Below are positions 14,038 through 27,864 of a stretch of 64,000 nt of DNA, in pieces. This stretch comes from Nageia nagi (Eukaryota > Plantae > Pinophyta): NCBI GenBank assembly GCA_050084985.1, contig JBITNC010000002.1:3224001-3288000 (forward strand), given 5' to 3'. The notes under the pieces were generated by a model. It worked only from the letters and a program-made list of their open reading frames with translations. It searched no databases and was not told the DNA's origin. Position numbers and translations under genes: made by a program. Each line of letters begins with the position of its first letter. Position 1 is the first letter of the stretch.

Positions 14038-17000
14038 CTACCTTAGAGTTTCAGCTACTGTGGTCAATCCAAAACCCAGAGGAAACAAGGGATCATAGTG
14101 TTTGTCTCCAACGTTCATGGGCAACTGATCAACAGACTTGAACCATGTCCTTGACAACTTTCCTTGAAAACCATAATCTCCAAAAATGGCATCAGTCACA
14201 CCTTGGCCCTCAGTTCCAGGAAGCCAAGCTGCAACAAAGGCATCTATAACGGGCATGTATGGCTCAATAACCAATGGTCTGCCAGATATCAAGATCACAA
14301 CACATTTCAAAGAGCCACAAACATTTTTTATGGTGTCACCTCCATTTAAGGGAATTGTCAAATTCAAGTCATCTCCAAAACTTTCTGCATAAGGTGGCTC
14401 ACCCACCACCAAAATAGCATATGAAAAATCTTTTCCTTTGATATAGTTTGCATCTGGATTTTCCTCAAAAACAACCTCAGTAGAAGGACTAACAGTAGAT
14501 TTGACTGCTGTGAGTATTGTGGTTCCTGCATAACACAAGACAATACTAAGATGTTTGATTGCGCTAAACTGTTAATTTATAAAATGACAACCATTTGCAT
14601 TTAACGAATGGGCTTACCTACTGTACTGGTACCACTTAAACCTTGCCACGTAATCGTCCAACCACCACACTGGTATCCTAGATTGTCAGCATGAGAACCT
14701 GCAACAAGAACTTTGGCAGCCTTCTTATGAAGAGGAAGTACAGGTTTGTTCCCTGGCTTTCCATTCTTCAACAATACCAGACTCTTTCTAACAGCTTCTC
14801 TTGCCAAGTCCCTGTGTTCCTGTAATTGCAGAAGCAGCTGTTAGAAGACATGAAACCAGAGTATTCTGAAGCAAACTACACACTTCTTCCATCTCGTGAA
14901 TGAATACTACGGAATACAGTGAAGATGAAGACAAAGAAGTATTGAAAATGATTTTCACTTTCAGTGATTAGAAAATATATATACAAATACCATTGAGAAC
15001 CAATATTGAATAAAACAACATTAAAGACTAGATGCTTGTGGACTATTGGAGTAAACGTAAATCCTACCTACAGCTTTAAGGGAATGTAAAATACTCAAGG
15101 ACATCCATGCTATAATAGGTACACTTGAGAACATGAAAGCAGTTACTCAAAATCCTCAATCATTCATAAATTGTCAATGAATCAAAATTTATACACACCT
15201 TCTTGCCAACTTGGTTGGCTAGGCTCAAATCTGCCATAGGTTTCTCGAAGAGCCCCATTACGAACTTCACTCGCAAGATTCTTCGCACTGCATCATTTAT
15301 TCTATCCATAGGAATGAAACCTCCTTTGACTTGGTACGTCAGATTATTAATGAAGTCTGAGTAATTGTAGGGCACCATCACCTGTAAAACAAATTCGGAA
15401 AAAATAATTCAGATATATATTTTATAGGCGGTCATCATAATCGATACCCAGCCATAGATCAGCCCTGGTTATATCCAATGTCATGCCGGAAGGCACCTCA
15501 GCTCTCTCACAGATGCATCCTTGTGACTTAATGAAAAGAGAAAGCGTTCGAACAATATTACTGCCAATGATGCAAAAGAAAGGGTACAGTACCATGTCAA
15601 TGCCTGCACCTACACCTTCCAAGACTGACAAAGAATAGTTAGCACCAGGCGGGCTAGTTATCCTATCAATTCCCTGCCAATCTGAAATAACAAAGCCCTG
15701 CAACCCAGACAATGCAAAAATAAAAGGGATGACTCACAAAATTTGAAGTAAATGGTACATAACAGTATTGGTTGTCGGTAAAACAATCCTACCAATCATA
15801 AATACAACACCAGAAGTATTTCCGGTATGATTCTCAAAAATTGGATTTAATGCCAGATAACCACAAAGATAAGGAATACCAAAGTATCACGCAGGGTTGA
15901 TAAGGAACAAAAATTCCCTAAAATCACCTTGAAGCGAAGTGTCTTCTTGAGGATGTTGGAAACAAGGAAACGGTCAGCATGCATCTTCTCCCCATTCCAG
16001 CTGGAATAGGAAATCATGATGGTAGAGACCCCCTTGTATATGGCATCAAAATAAGGAGTCATGTGGATACGGACTAATCCTTTATAGCTAACGACAGTGT
16101 TGTTCTCATTGATACCGTCGGTTGTGCCCCCATCACCCACAAAGTGCTTGGCACAAGCAGCAACCTTGTCCCTGAATAACACATGCATTCCAGGCCTCAA
16201 AAACCGAAATGCAACAAACATTTGCAAACCCTCGTAGAATGCAACATTGCATAACTCATTAAAACTGAGAACTCCAAAAGCCCATTGAAATACATAGAAG
16301 AAAAGGTCAAGTAACTCACTGTCCCGCGACATAGGGAACTCCCTTTGAATAGTTGGCAGGAGGCTGCCCCTGAAGTCCATAGATAATCTCTGTCATAGAC
16401 TTCACAATCTTCGGATCCTCACTGTAGCTCTCATAGCACCGACCCCATCTAGGATCCCTGCAAACCTGCAAGAAAAAAGAAAATGCGATATAATCACCCT
16501 TATCCTAAAAGGGTGCTCAACAAGGAGTCCAGTAGAGCATTACAGCAACGCAAGGAGCAAATGTATATGGAATGCCGGTAGCTCGGACTTCAAGGGCCGT
16601 TGCAGCACCGATTCTCCTCACCAGATCAGGATCCCTGCATCGACTCAGAACATAAAATCCATCAGTTTTCAATAGGATATTATAATCGGTTTTCAAAACT
16701 AGCCTCAAAATGGGGTATTTCTTCAATTTTCTCACCTTGTTGCTCCAAGACCAACGTTGTGCGGAAAGATAGTGGCTCCGTACACATTGTTGTGGCCATG
16801 AACGGCATCGATGCCATATATCATGGGAATCTGGAGCCTAGTAGACATGGAGCCCTTCTGAAACTCATTCACCATGCTGACCCACATTGCAGGAGTTGAC
16901 TGGTTCCCCGGCGTGCTCCCTCCGCCACTCAGAACACTCCCTGTAACACACCAACAAAATCCATAACCATAAAAAAAAGCCCAATAAAAACAACTCTTTT

Positions 17001-17262
17001 TCACAAACCAAAAATGTTGCATACCAATGTAGTATTTCTTCATGACATCAGCAGAAGCCACTGAACGCTCGATCTGGGTCATCTGCCCGATCTTCTCCTC
17101 CAACGTCATCCGCTTCAGCAGATCCTCCACCCTAAAGTTTATAGGCTGAGATGGATCCTTATACAAAGCAGATCTTCCCTCCGCATATCCACATGCAATA
17201 CAAGCAACAAAAAGCAGCAGCAGCATCAACTCCTGCAATCTACACTCCATCTTCCCCACCAT
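14038..17262 (-). CDS. Glycoside hydrolase family 3 beta-D-glucan exohydrolase / beta-glucosidase (barley ExoI-like), secreted, 633 aa; exons 17262-17025, 16940-16736, 16634-16544, 16465-16320, 16171-15928, 15697-15593, 15381-15199, 14819-14618, 14525-14038
   Basis: All 8 introns are GT-AG and phase-compatible (1902 nt, open frame). Hydrophobic signal peptide; motifs [51 protein letters not shown], nucleophile VISDW, acid/base [16 protein letters not shown]. Confidence 0.97.
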
Positions 17263-17302
17263 TGCCCAGGCTTTCAATACCAAAGAACAGTCTTTTAGTT
17301 TC

Positions 17303-17402
17303 CTGTTACCCGGTGAGGCAATGAAAGTAAATATAGAGGGAACGTATGTTCCTTCCAATATCAACACGACACCTCTGATTCGTTTCCCAAGTCGTTACTT
17401 AC
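17303..17402 (-). other. Probable 5' UTR intron of the GH3 gene
   Basis: Minus-strand GTAAGT donor at 17402 and CAG acceptor at 17303, 40 nt upstream of the ATG. Confidence 0.5.
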
Positions 17403-19149
17403 CCAAATGAAAATACTGCACATTTTCAAATTTGAAATCCACAGATTTACTAATCACCATAAATGTCTGGTTTCAACGTCTAATGATGCTCATTCATGAT
17501 AGCCATTCTCCTTGTGGAATCTCATCTCATCTGTTTTACATGTTCCCATGAATTTCTTGGACAGTAGGACTTAACATGTGAGAAGTGGGGTTGTGGACTC
17601 GACTCCATGTCAGCATATCTTGACATAGGAAAGAGAATTTCGAGTTTGGCCACATTCATCGTTTTCTGTTTAATGTTCTTTGTTCTTATCTGGTAACGGG
17701 TCTTTGCTGACAAGGACGTGGAAAATCGACATGGACAGTTTTTAAGTTGATTCTAACACATGGACTGAATACCTCGGTGTCGAGAGGGACGGGCTGAAAG
17801 ATTTGAAAAGTATTTGCAAGCCCACAAGGCTGTAGATATCCGTATTTGGATCCACATAGGCCAAAGTAGCGTAGTTGATGAAATTTTCAATAGTTTTATC
17901 CTCAAACAAAATGATGGATAATGTGAACTGCGAAGATGCTCTGCTCTGAAAGTAACGGCCAAACGAGCGTTCCTCTCTGGTAGGGGATCTGCATCGAATT
18001 GGGCCCTCAATGTTTGATCAAAGCGTGTCGATTAAGTCACCGTCAACCATATAGAAATATTTTAAATATTGATCTAGATTTCGTCTAAGATGAAAACTTG
18101 ACTTCAAATTATTTTATTATAGAAACTCCTAAATTCACAAAGAAAAAGTTTATATCATGAAGAACCCCAAAAAAATTAAAATTTTAAAAAAACTTTTCCC
18201 CATCATTTCTTTTTGTCATTGTAAAAATTCAAAATAAAAATATATATTAAATTCCTTTCTTATACACCACCTTATATTGTTTTTTATCTCCTGCTCGACT
18301 TACTAAAAAAATAATTACCACATATTAAAATTTTAAAAAGTGAATTTTTTAATCCATGTTCCAATTCCAAATCAGGCATGTTGTAGAACGTGGGCGACAC
18401 TAACGTGTTTTTAAGATGTCACCTAATTGACGGCGTACACGACACCCACATCGAACCCGCTTGCGTACAACAAGGCATATGGCAAATTCCGAAATTAAAG
18501 CGAATCTTTTTGAAATTATAAGAAACGTGGTGGGGCCTGATTCGAACAAATCTGAGACTAACAAGAGGGAAAGTGATTTAATTAATTTTATTCATTTTAT
18601 GGAGAAAATGTATATTCCACATTCTTGGGGTAAAGAGGTTAAATGCTCGTGCATTTTGCTGTTGAATTAGGGTTAAATTGTTTATATTTTCTTAGAAAGT
18701 AGATTAAATAATTTTATAATAAATTTGTATCTAATGGATTCTATCAAATAATTTTCAAAAAAAAAACATAAGTATATCATATCTTCAAAATAGATTTACT
18801 CAATACATTATATGTTTAGTATTTTTTTTTGGTTGTAAATAAGTATTATATTAAAATATATGTTTAGGTATGCATACATGTAGATCCATGGTTTTCTTTA
18901 TTTAACATTATCATTTTACATATTTCCTTTAGATTTTGTGGGGTATTTTAATTTGTTGGCATAAATTAGCATTTACTTGGCCAAAGTTGATGGTGTATCA
19001 CCTTTATAAAGACAATCATTCAAACAATAGTTGCAACATACATTGCAGTTGCCAAAGTTTGGAATGGTACAATTGAAACATCCTTGCAAGTTCATTCCAA
19101 AGGTGTTCACAAGGTAATAGTTCTAATCATGATGTTATTATCTTATTAT

Positions 19150-19800
19150 CTGAGCTTAATTCTGTTGATCAATGGTTAGAACATATTTTGATAAGTTATT
19201 TTCTTGGTCATATTCCCAATGATATGTTGATCTATGGTTAGATTCAACAAGCCTAACATCCCTATAGAATAAAGCTAAAGGGTGTCCAAAACCTTATCAA
19301 GGGTTTCTTTTTTTTCATTTTACTAAGCCTTCACATGCATAACAAGTCTTTGGAAAAAAGGTTCTTGGTATATTTATAATTCTTTATTGATTTTTCAATA
19401 GTGTATGCATGAATTTATTGTTAGTGATTGAAAGTCTTTGTCTAGGTTGAATGTCTTGCTTTATCTGTGTTCATTTAGCCCTTTCTTGATAACTTGGTCA
19501 CTCTCTTAGGGAAGTATGTTCACATGGAATAAAACAAGTTTTATAATGTTCATCCTAACATAAGGGTTTATGTTGAAATTGACTTATCCAAAGATCTTAA
19601 AGACCATGTTGAGTTGCAATTTGGTGATACTATTATTAAGCAAAGGATGGTTTACATTAACTTGACTAATAAGTGTTATTGTTACTAGTCGATGGAGCAC
19701 AAGATCAAATATTATCCTTTGATCACTAAAAACTTTAAACCTTGTCTTTTTGTAGTTGTGTCGAAGTCAGCTCCAATAGTACCTATAACTAGAAATAAAG
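19150..19800 (+). mobile_element. Degenerate L1-type LINE ORF1 remnant (DUF4283 / zinc knuckle region)
   Basis: Translation RVYVEIDLSKDLKDHVELQFGD..KQRMVYINLTNKCY..MEHKIKYYP. Confidence 0.7.
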
Positions 19801-20149
19801 GTAATCAAGATGAATCAATTATGGTAGTTGTTGATACCTAATTTAGCACCCTTTTTTACCAAATTAGTTGTCACATGATCCTCACTATGTTATGATCAAT
19901 CTAACATTATATCATGTGTTATTTATCAATTATGAACCAATACTTAAGCTATATCTTATGCATGGTTCTCTTATTTTATGCAAGGAATGGCCAGCATCAA
20001 CCACGCATCAGCACAAGTGTGCAATGGTGCATTCAAGTAATTCTCTTAATCCTTCAACCTGGCTATATAAAAATCATAAATATATCACACATGTTAGTTA
20101 TATGAGATAAATGCATATCTATGTTTGGAAAGTTAACAATTTGTAGGAA

Positions 20150-21450
20150 GATTATTGAAGATACTTACTAAGCTTAATAGCATGGCTTATTGGAGTAGTG
20201 AGTGGGATATCTACCATTATTTATGCACCTTCTACATCCTCCATGGATGCACATATGAGATCTACATTAGGGGCATCCTCCTTCCCATCTTGGTCATCAT
20301 CATCCACCTCCATATCCTCTTATCCTCTACCCTCCATGTCACCCTCATCATCCTCTTCTTCATCATCTACCTTTGTAGCTACCTCTAACTCCTCCTCAGC
20401 ATATGTACTAAGTGGAAGCGATTGATATATATCCCACCATGCCATATACATATTTTTATGCTCTATCACAATAGCATCTTCATCATTGCCATCTCTCGAT
20501 CCATCATCACGTGGAAGGTGCCACATAATGATCCACCTAGGCATTACCTCATAAACACATGGCTTCATGATCCCACATCTCACTATTGTATAGATCACAT
20601 GATGACATGAAGTAGGAATACCCTAGCCATGATTAAAGTGCAACAAAATATGGTTGGGCCTATATGTCTTAACAAATATCTTCCTTATTTAGAGATAAAT
20701 TATTATCAATGATCTTTGATCATTGATTTACGGTACTATGCACATGAGATACTCTTTATATGATTTCCTATTACCACCAATTAGGAAGTGTATCATCCTC
20801 AACATCTATAGGAATATTTGAAGGCTAAATTATTGCAGTATGCTCATATGCCCAACACTGCAATATATAAATGTGAGCTACTCATCTATCATTCCTCATC
20901 ATTAAAACAAAGTGATGCAGATCATGGAATTCTTCACTACATGCACTATTTCTAAAGGAAATACTTAATGATTCTTATTTGAGTACAAGATGCAATCAAT
21001 GTGTGAAACCATAATCAATCTCGTATACCTCATGGATGATGGCCTCCCTTGAATTGCCTTATAAATAAAGGCTTCCTTCTTACCGATATGGTACTCCTTA
21101 AAACTAATCAACCACTTGGAATTCTTAGCCATACTTATCACCATGATATTGTCTTTCATATGTATCAATGCTTCCTTCATAAGAACCCTTAATATCTGAT
21201 GCACATCCTCCAATGTAACAGTAATTTTACCAGTGGGAAGGTGAAATGTATTGGTTCTCTCATACAAATGCTTAGATAATATCATCAAAATATGCTTATC
21301 TACCCTCACATATGGTACCTCAAACAAATATCCTACTCTTGGACTCCTGAGTATCATCAACTCATCTTGGCCTAATTGATCAAACCAGGTCCTAGCAATC
21401 CTCTAACTCTTGCTATGTGACTCCATAATAACAATACGAGAATGAGAATA
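20150..21450 (-). pseudogene. Old degenerate plant mobile domain (PMD, aminotransferase-like) gene
   Basis: ORF 20965-21360 contains ERTNTFHLPTGKITVTLEDVHQILRV; a downstream acidic tract DDEEEDDEGD as in the copy at 29463-31734. Confidence 0.8.
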
Positions 21451-22574
21451 CCAAAAAATAAAAATAATCAAGTAAGTATGTATGTATTTTAATTTACAAT
21501 TTTTTTTGCATGTTTACCTAAATAAATGCAAGTAATAAATGATCATTAATGTACATTCAAGATGAAATTATTGTTATCATACAATGCCAACATTAGGAAG
21601 CGATGCATCCCAACATTAGAGTTGGGTATCTTTGAGAATAAGAAGAAAAAATTTATCGTGCACTTCAAACACATCAAATCCCAAGTGAAAAATGAATTTC
21701 AACCCAAACAAAAATATTAACATGCTAAAATGTTAATGCCCTGCATTTTCAAACAAAATTAACACTTACAAATCGTTCAATCCATGAAATTTCAAATAAA
21801 TTCAATTTTAACTATAAAAACATTTATCCTAACCATTATTAGGACCTTGAATTCAATCAAATGAGATGAATTTGAATTTGATTGAACAACATAGGCCCAA
21901 TGATCATATTTCTTAGTAATTCTTACCTTCATGATTTAAAATCAATTCAATGCAAGACAAATGCAAAGATATCTCATCAAATATCCCAAACAAGGCTTGA
22001 AACTCGCACAACCTTAGATCTCTTCAAACCAAGGTAGCAAATAATGAAAATGCCAAATAAAATAATGTTGAACTTATTTAAAATCAAATAGGACACACTT
22101 ACTAATACAATTGTATCCTTTTAAGATAAATAAATGTCATTTCCTTCAAGATCACTCCTTTGACCAATGCATGATAAATCGATCGACATAAAATTCAAGC
22201 AAATACTTAATAATCACTAGCACTAGTAGGTAAATATCCATGACTAATTATCTTTCAAGATTCCTAATATAAATCACAAGAAATACTCAAAATTCATATT
22301 CTGATAATCAACAAATAAATACATATCAAATGAAGGTGCCAAGGTTGCAAAGATTTTGGTGCTAATGTTGGGAGCAACATAAAGATAAAAGTAGCATTTT
22401 CACAAGAAAATACTTGGAGGCATATCATCATGCATCTTAAAGGGAGTTCTCTCATCCTATCTATTGCTTTCAAGTACATTGCTATGATTTCAAATATTTT
22501 TTAAGCTCTCATTAAAGGATACAAAGTTGTTCTTTATATTCATCCAAGATCACCTTGGATGGAATCCTACTGTT

Positions 22575-23633
22575 CTATAACTCAAGTAATCAATCACACA
22601 TAAGAGGTAACATAAAATATATAGCGGTTCCTCTCAAACTTGAGAGTACTCCACTCTAATTCTAAACTTAATTATTTCTCAAAAACTCACAAGAACCCTC
22701 TTACAAAGATCTCTCTTCCTATCTCACTACAAGCTTATAGCATTTTTATGCTTCTACAAAAGTTGAGAATACATAAGAGGAACCCTCTATTTACAGGAAG
22801 AGAACCTAGATATATGGGATGTGTATCCTCATGCCCATGAGGTTGAGTGTAGAACCATCACTCTATTTTTTATTCACCAAATACTTAAAAGGTATTTGAA
22901 TAAACTTTTAAGTATTTAAGTTTATTATTTAGAGAGTAACCTAAGAAGAATAGATATTCTTTAGATACCTTATAAATAATAATCGATACAATAGTGCATT
23001 ATTTAATCTAACATTCCCCCTTAATGCAATATTGGGGTAGAGAGAATAGAATATAGAAAGAGAGTGTAAGAGAGTTCTCCTCCATAAGAATACAATTGGA
23101 GATGAAAACTTGAAATATTGAGAAGTAATAAAGTTTAGAAAAGGCTCAACTACATAAACATTTGAAAAAATTATTTACAATACAATAATCATAAACCATA
23201 AATGGTTAAGTAGTATTATTTCAACAATATGTTGACGTAATGAGCCTCCATGAGCTTGCATACTCGAAATAAGTAACTTGCAATCTACAGAAGAAACCTA
23301 CAAGTTACAACCAACTCATAACAATATCAATCAAATATATATATATGTATTAGATAAATGAATCAAGTAATTCCATCTATAAACTGATCATCAAATGGTG
23401 CAATATAAGTCATCAAAAAATGTCAAGCAAACATATAATCATATGTATAAATAAAACATGTGTTGATCAACATCAATAGAACATATAAAATATGCACATA
23501 CTAGTTCCTTATACATGGATAATTAAACAATGCCATAAGATCATATATTCTAAACAAGTCACTCACATATGGATAACTCCAACTAATTCCTCACACATGG
23601 ATTATAAGAGCACACACATAAAGATCAACACTA
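22575..23633 (-). mobile_element. Copia 3' LTR fragment (5' end at 23013) plus 3' UTR, related to the element at 1322
   Basis: Minus-strand PPT TAAGGGGGAA followed by TGTTAG at 23013; the LTR and UTR resemble 4000-5150. The lower boundary is uncertain. Confidence 0.7.
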
Positions 23634-26076
23634 TATTGAAGGAACTAACACATACACTTAATTCCTAAATGCTCAAGATTATATGAAAGGTCTCTCATAC
23701 AACAATATTCTAAAGCATAAATAATCTCATAAAGTAACTCAAGATATAAAATCCTTCCTCCAACAAGGAGTACATCCACTAACAAAATCTTACTTCATTC
23801 ACAAAAACAACTCTCTTACAATCCTCCTTACTTCATCTCCTAAACAATATCCTAAAGCATAACTTTGCTTCATAAATTGGTGAGTAATCTCAAAGAGGGG
23901 GCCTTCTATTTATATGCAAAAATCCCCTTTTGGATCACTCTTTTAACTATTGTACAAAAGCACGGCATGCTACTTCCTTTTACCTAAGGGGCATGCTTAT
24001 GAGATGGAGTTTAAGACAAGTTACATTATCATATTCACTTAAATAATTAAGGTATTTAGTGATATCATTTAGTATTAGTGAATTTACAAAGAGGGACATT
24101 ACAAAATATTTCAATAATGCATTATGCATTCCAACACTCCCCCTTAACGCAATATTAGGATGGAGTGAAGAAGAGAGAAGAAAGAGAGAGTAAGAGAGTT
24201 TTCCTTCAAACAGATATAATCGAAGATGAGAACTTTTTACATCTTTGTGAAGAAAGCAAGATCTTTGTTTGAGACTCACTACTTTACCATTTTAATAAAT
24301 GGTTTACAATACAATCATTAACAATAATCAATTTTAATGTACATAAAGTAGTCATCCAACTGAAAGTCATGGTGAGTCTCTATGAGCCTTCACACTTGAA
24401 GTAAGTAACCTGCAATCTCAAAAAAACTTGTAAGTTACAAGCAACTTAAATAACAAGATTAGTTAAATGCAACACATTCACATCAATAAGGATAGATGAA
24501 TCAAATAATGTCATCATAGACTGATTAATGGTGCTTTATATGTCATCATGAAGATGCCAAGCCAATACTCATAGTCACCTATTGTATACAAAAAATATGT
24601 GTTGATTATCATTAAAAAATATAGCATAACAAAATGCACATATGAGTTCCTCACACATGGATAACTGAATAGTGCTAGATTGGCCAATCATTTGCTCAAA
24701 AATTATACAATAAGTTTTTCACATAGAGTGAACTTACCATGAAGGTGTACAAAAAAATCAACACTATACAATATAAAATCCTCCTAAGGTTGAAGTTGTC
24801 ATCACAAACATGAATTCAACACAAGAATTTAAACTTCACTTCCCCTTAAGAGAAACTTCACAAACCTGATAGCATCCCTAAGCTTACTAAATTGAGTTTT
24901 AAAGAGGGGTTTGGTGAATAAATCAACTAAGTTCAAGGTTGATGAATAATACTACAAGTGTATGACACCATCAAGAACTTTTTTTCTGATGAAATAGACT
25001 TGAATTTCCACATGTTTTATTCTTTGATGGAACACATGATTCTTAGCCAAAGAAATAGCCTATTGGTTGTTTGAAAAAATTAGAGATGGGCCAACTTGTT
25101 GATACCTAATTATTTCAAAATATGCCTAAGCTAAATAGCTTCCTGGGTTGCAATAACCATGGCTTGGTATTCAACTTCTATGGTGAAAAGAGAAATAGTA
25201 GACTCCTTCTTGGAGGCCCAAGGATAGCACCTGAACCAATGCTAAAAACATACGTAAAGGTTGATTTTCTATCATCTTTATCTCCCTTATAATCAGAATT
25301 AGAGAACCTCGAGAGAAAAAAAGAAGGCAACTTGAAATACTTAAGAGCAAGATCCTTCATCCTTGTAATATACCTTAAGATTTTTTTAATAGCATTGAGG
25401 TGCTCAACATAATCTTTTTGCATGAACCAAGCCATTATATTTATTGCAAAGGCAATATCTAGTTTGAAAATAATCAAATATAGAAGACTACTAATTAATT
25501 TTTTATAAGCTATAGCATCTACCAACTAAGAGTTGGAGCAAAGGGACACAATGATTCCAAAAGAGATTGAGATTGCAACATGTTTACACTCTTCTATTCC
25601 AAACTTTTGTAATATGTATGATATATAATTTGATTAACTAAAATAAGTACAATCTTTGTATTGGTACACTTACATTCTAAGGTAGTAGTGCAAGAGATCA
25701 AGATCAATCATTTCAAATGTTGCCTTAAGTTTGAATATGCACTCTTGAATGATTTCATCATTATTCTTAATTATCAAAAGATCATATACATAAAGGAGAA
25801 TCAAAACCACATCTTTTCCTGATTGAACACATATAGATCAGAAACAAAAAAGCACTTAGAGAATCTAATGTTTATAAAGTACCCTAAAATCTTCTTGTAC
25901 TACACTTTAGGTGCTTGTTTAAGTCCATACAAAGACTTCTTTAGCTTGTACACAAATGACTCTTTTTCTTTCATAATAAACCATTCTAGTTGATTCATGT
26001 ATATTTTCACATCTAAGTCACCATTGAGAAATGCACTCTTTACGTTAAGTTGAAAAAATTTCCATCCTTGAGTTGC
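23634..26076 (-). mobile_element. 5'-truncated Copia (LTR about 23634-24136, 3' UTR, RNase H/RT), same family as 1322-5213
   Basis: PPT TAAGGGGGAG + TGTTGGAATG at 24136; ORF 25178-25525 (DDRKST); RT QLNVKSAFLNG near 26040; colinear with 2700-4724. Confidence 0.88.
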
Positions 26077-27775
26077 TGAAAGTGGTCAATCACAAATTCT
26101 ATATGCAATCACAAATGAATTATAAGATGAAGAGGAATTTAAATGGAAAGGTGGTCAATCACATAGGGCTTAGAGATGATTCCTTATTTTGGATTCAATA
26201 TTATCGTACTTAGTGGAGCATCATAAGTTGGGGTGGCGATCATTTGACTAAATGTACCAAGTTCTATGACTATCACGATGCAACATGCATCATGCTCCAT
26301 ATCCATAAATGATGTTGGTAACAAGTGAGAAAATAAAGAATGAGCAAAGCTTATAGACCAAGACCTATACATAAAATGAGATATTCATTTTGTTCCAAGG
26401 AAAGTGCCAAGTCAAGGCAATTTTGATGCTTTGTCTTAGGCAAGCATAGGTAGGGGTTTGATTTAGGTCAAACCCATTGACTATTTTGCTTAGAAAAGGG
26501 ATAAATCATTATGGAACACTTTATGCTCGAGGGTTTGCAATAGTTCTTAGAAAGTTTCAAAAGCCATGATGTCTTAATCTCCTAGGATGTCCTCAAGACT
26601 TGGTATAGAGGGAGGGTCAATTTAGGTGGGCATAAGTTTGAAATTTATGAATAATCTATAAAGGTATCTAGCTACAAGATTGTCTATTGTAGGTTGACGA
26701 ATTAATAAGGAAGCGAAACATAAAAAGCTTTATATGGAAAAAATATTTTCCATATATGGAACCCTAAAATGCCTTGGAGAAGGATATGATAAATCTAGTT
26801 TATCCAAATCTTGGTCTACATTGCATGATGTTTTGATTCATTAAATTTAAAATCCCTAAATATTCTCCTTTCATAAATTAGCCAAGAAAATGCAAAATCA
26901 ATATTAAATGATGTTCCTAAGTGTTAACACGTAAAAATGAATTTATGTTTTTAAATCAATAAATTAATGAAAACATGCTTGGTCTAAATATATGTCTTGA
27001 ATGTCTTAATGTGATAATATCAATGTTTGTCTTGAATGTGAATTTTATAATGATTATCTTGAATATTGCATGGATTATCTTGAATATTGCATGAATTATC
27101 TTGTTTATTGGTGTGGTTATCTTGAATGTTGTGAATTAGCCTTGTTTATGTAGATGCATGCCGACCCATGGGTTGTATTATCTATTATCTATATAAATAA
27201 GGGATATAATAGTAAGTCCACATATCAAGGATACACACGATCCCACGTATGGTCTTGTAGTGGCAACCCCTTAAGGTATCTCTTGGTACCGCCTACAAGG
27301 CTGTGGTTTGTGTACTTCCTTTCGCGAGCTATCCTGACATCTACAATCTATTCTGATATCACACTGCTATCTGAGACATCCGTATTGAAGTTCTGGACTT
27401 GATTGAGAGGTCAAAAATCATCAAACGAAGGTCACCGGTGCTCCTTTATGAACCAAGAACACCGCCGACGCTCTATTATCTCTGAAATGGACCGCCCGCG
27501 GTCCTCTTTTTGCATCTTCACAGGTCACTACATTTTTGGAGGGGCAGTTCATCATCAGTACATCGCCAACATCTTCATCTTTCGTTGTCAAGTACATTCC
27601 GTGAGGTAAGTATACAAATTACAGTCTTGTTTGGTACAATTACATTTCTGAATCGGTTATCTTGTTCATTGCTATTGAGAATAAATTACTATCCGTAGCT
27701 CAAATACAGATATATTGGGTTTGTAGATATTTACCTATTTATTTATTTGCACGCTCAATTTTATTTGTAAACATT

Positions 27776-27793
27776 TGGTGAACCCGACGTGAA
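27776..27793 (+). other. Primer-binding site complementary to tRNA-Trp
   Basis: TGGTGAACCCGACGTGAA is the reverse complement of the plant cytosolic tRNA-Trp 3' end as I recall it (TTCACGTCGGGTTCACCA). Confidence 0.85.
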
Positions 27794-27864
27794 GTTCACA
27801 TCATTGTACTAAAACCCTAAGGGTTTTAGTTAGGACTAATATCTATTTTGTGAGTGTTTTAGTT

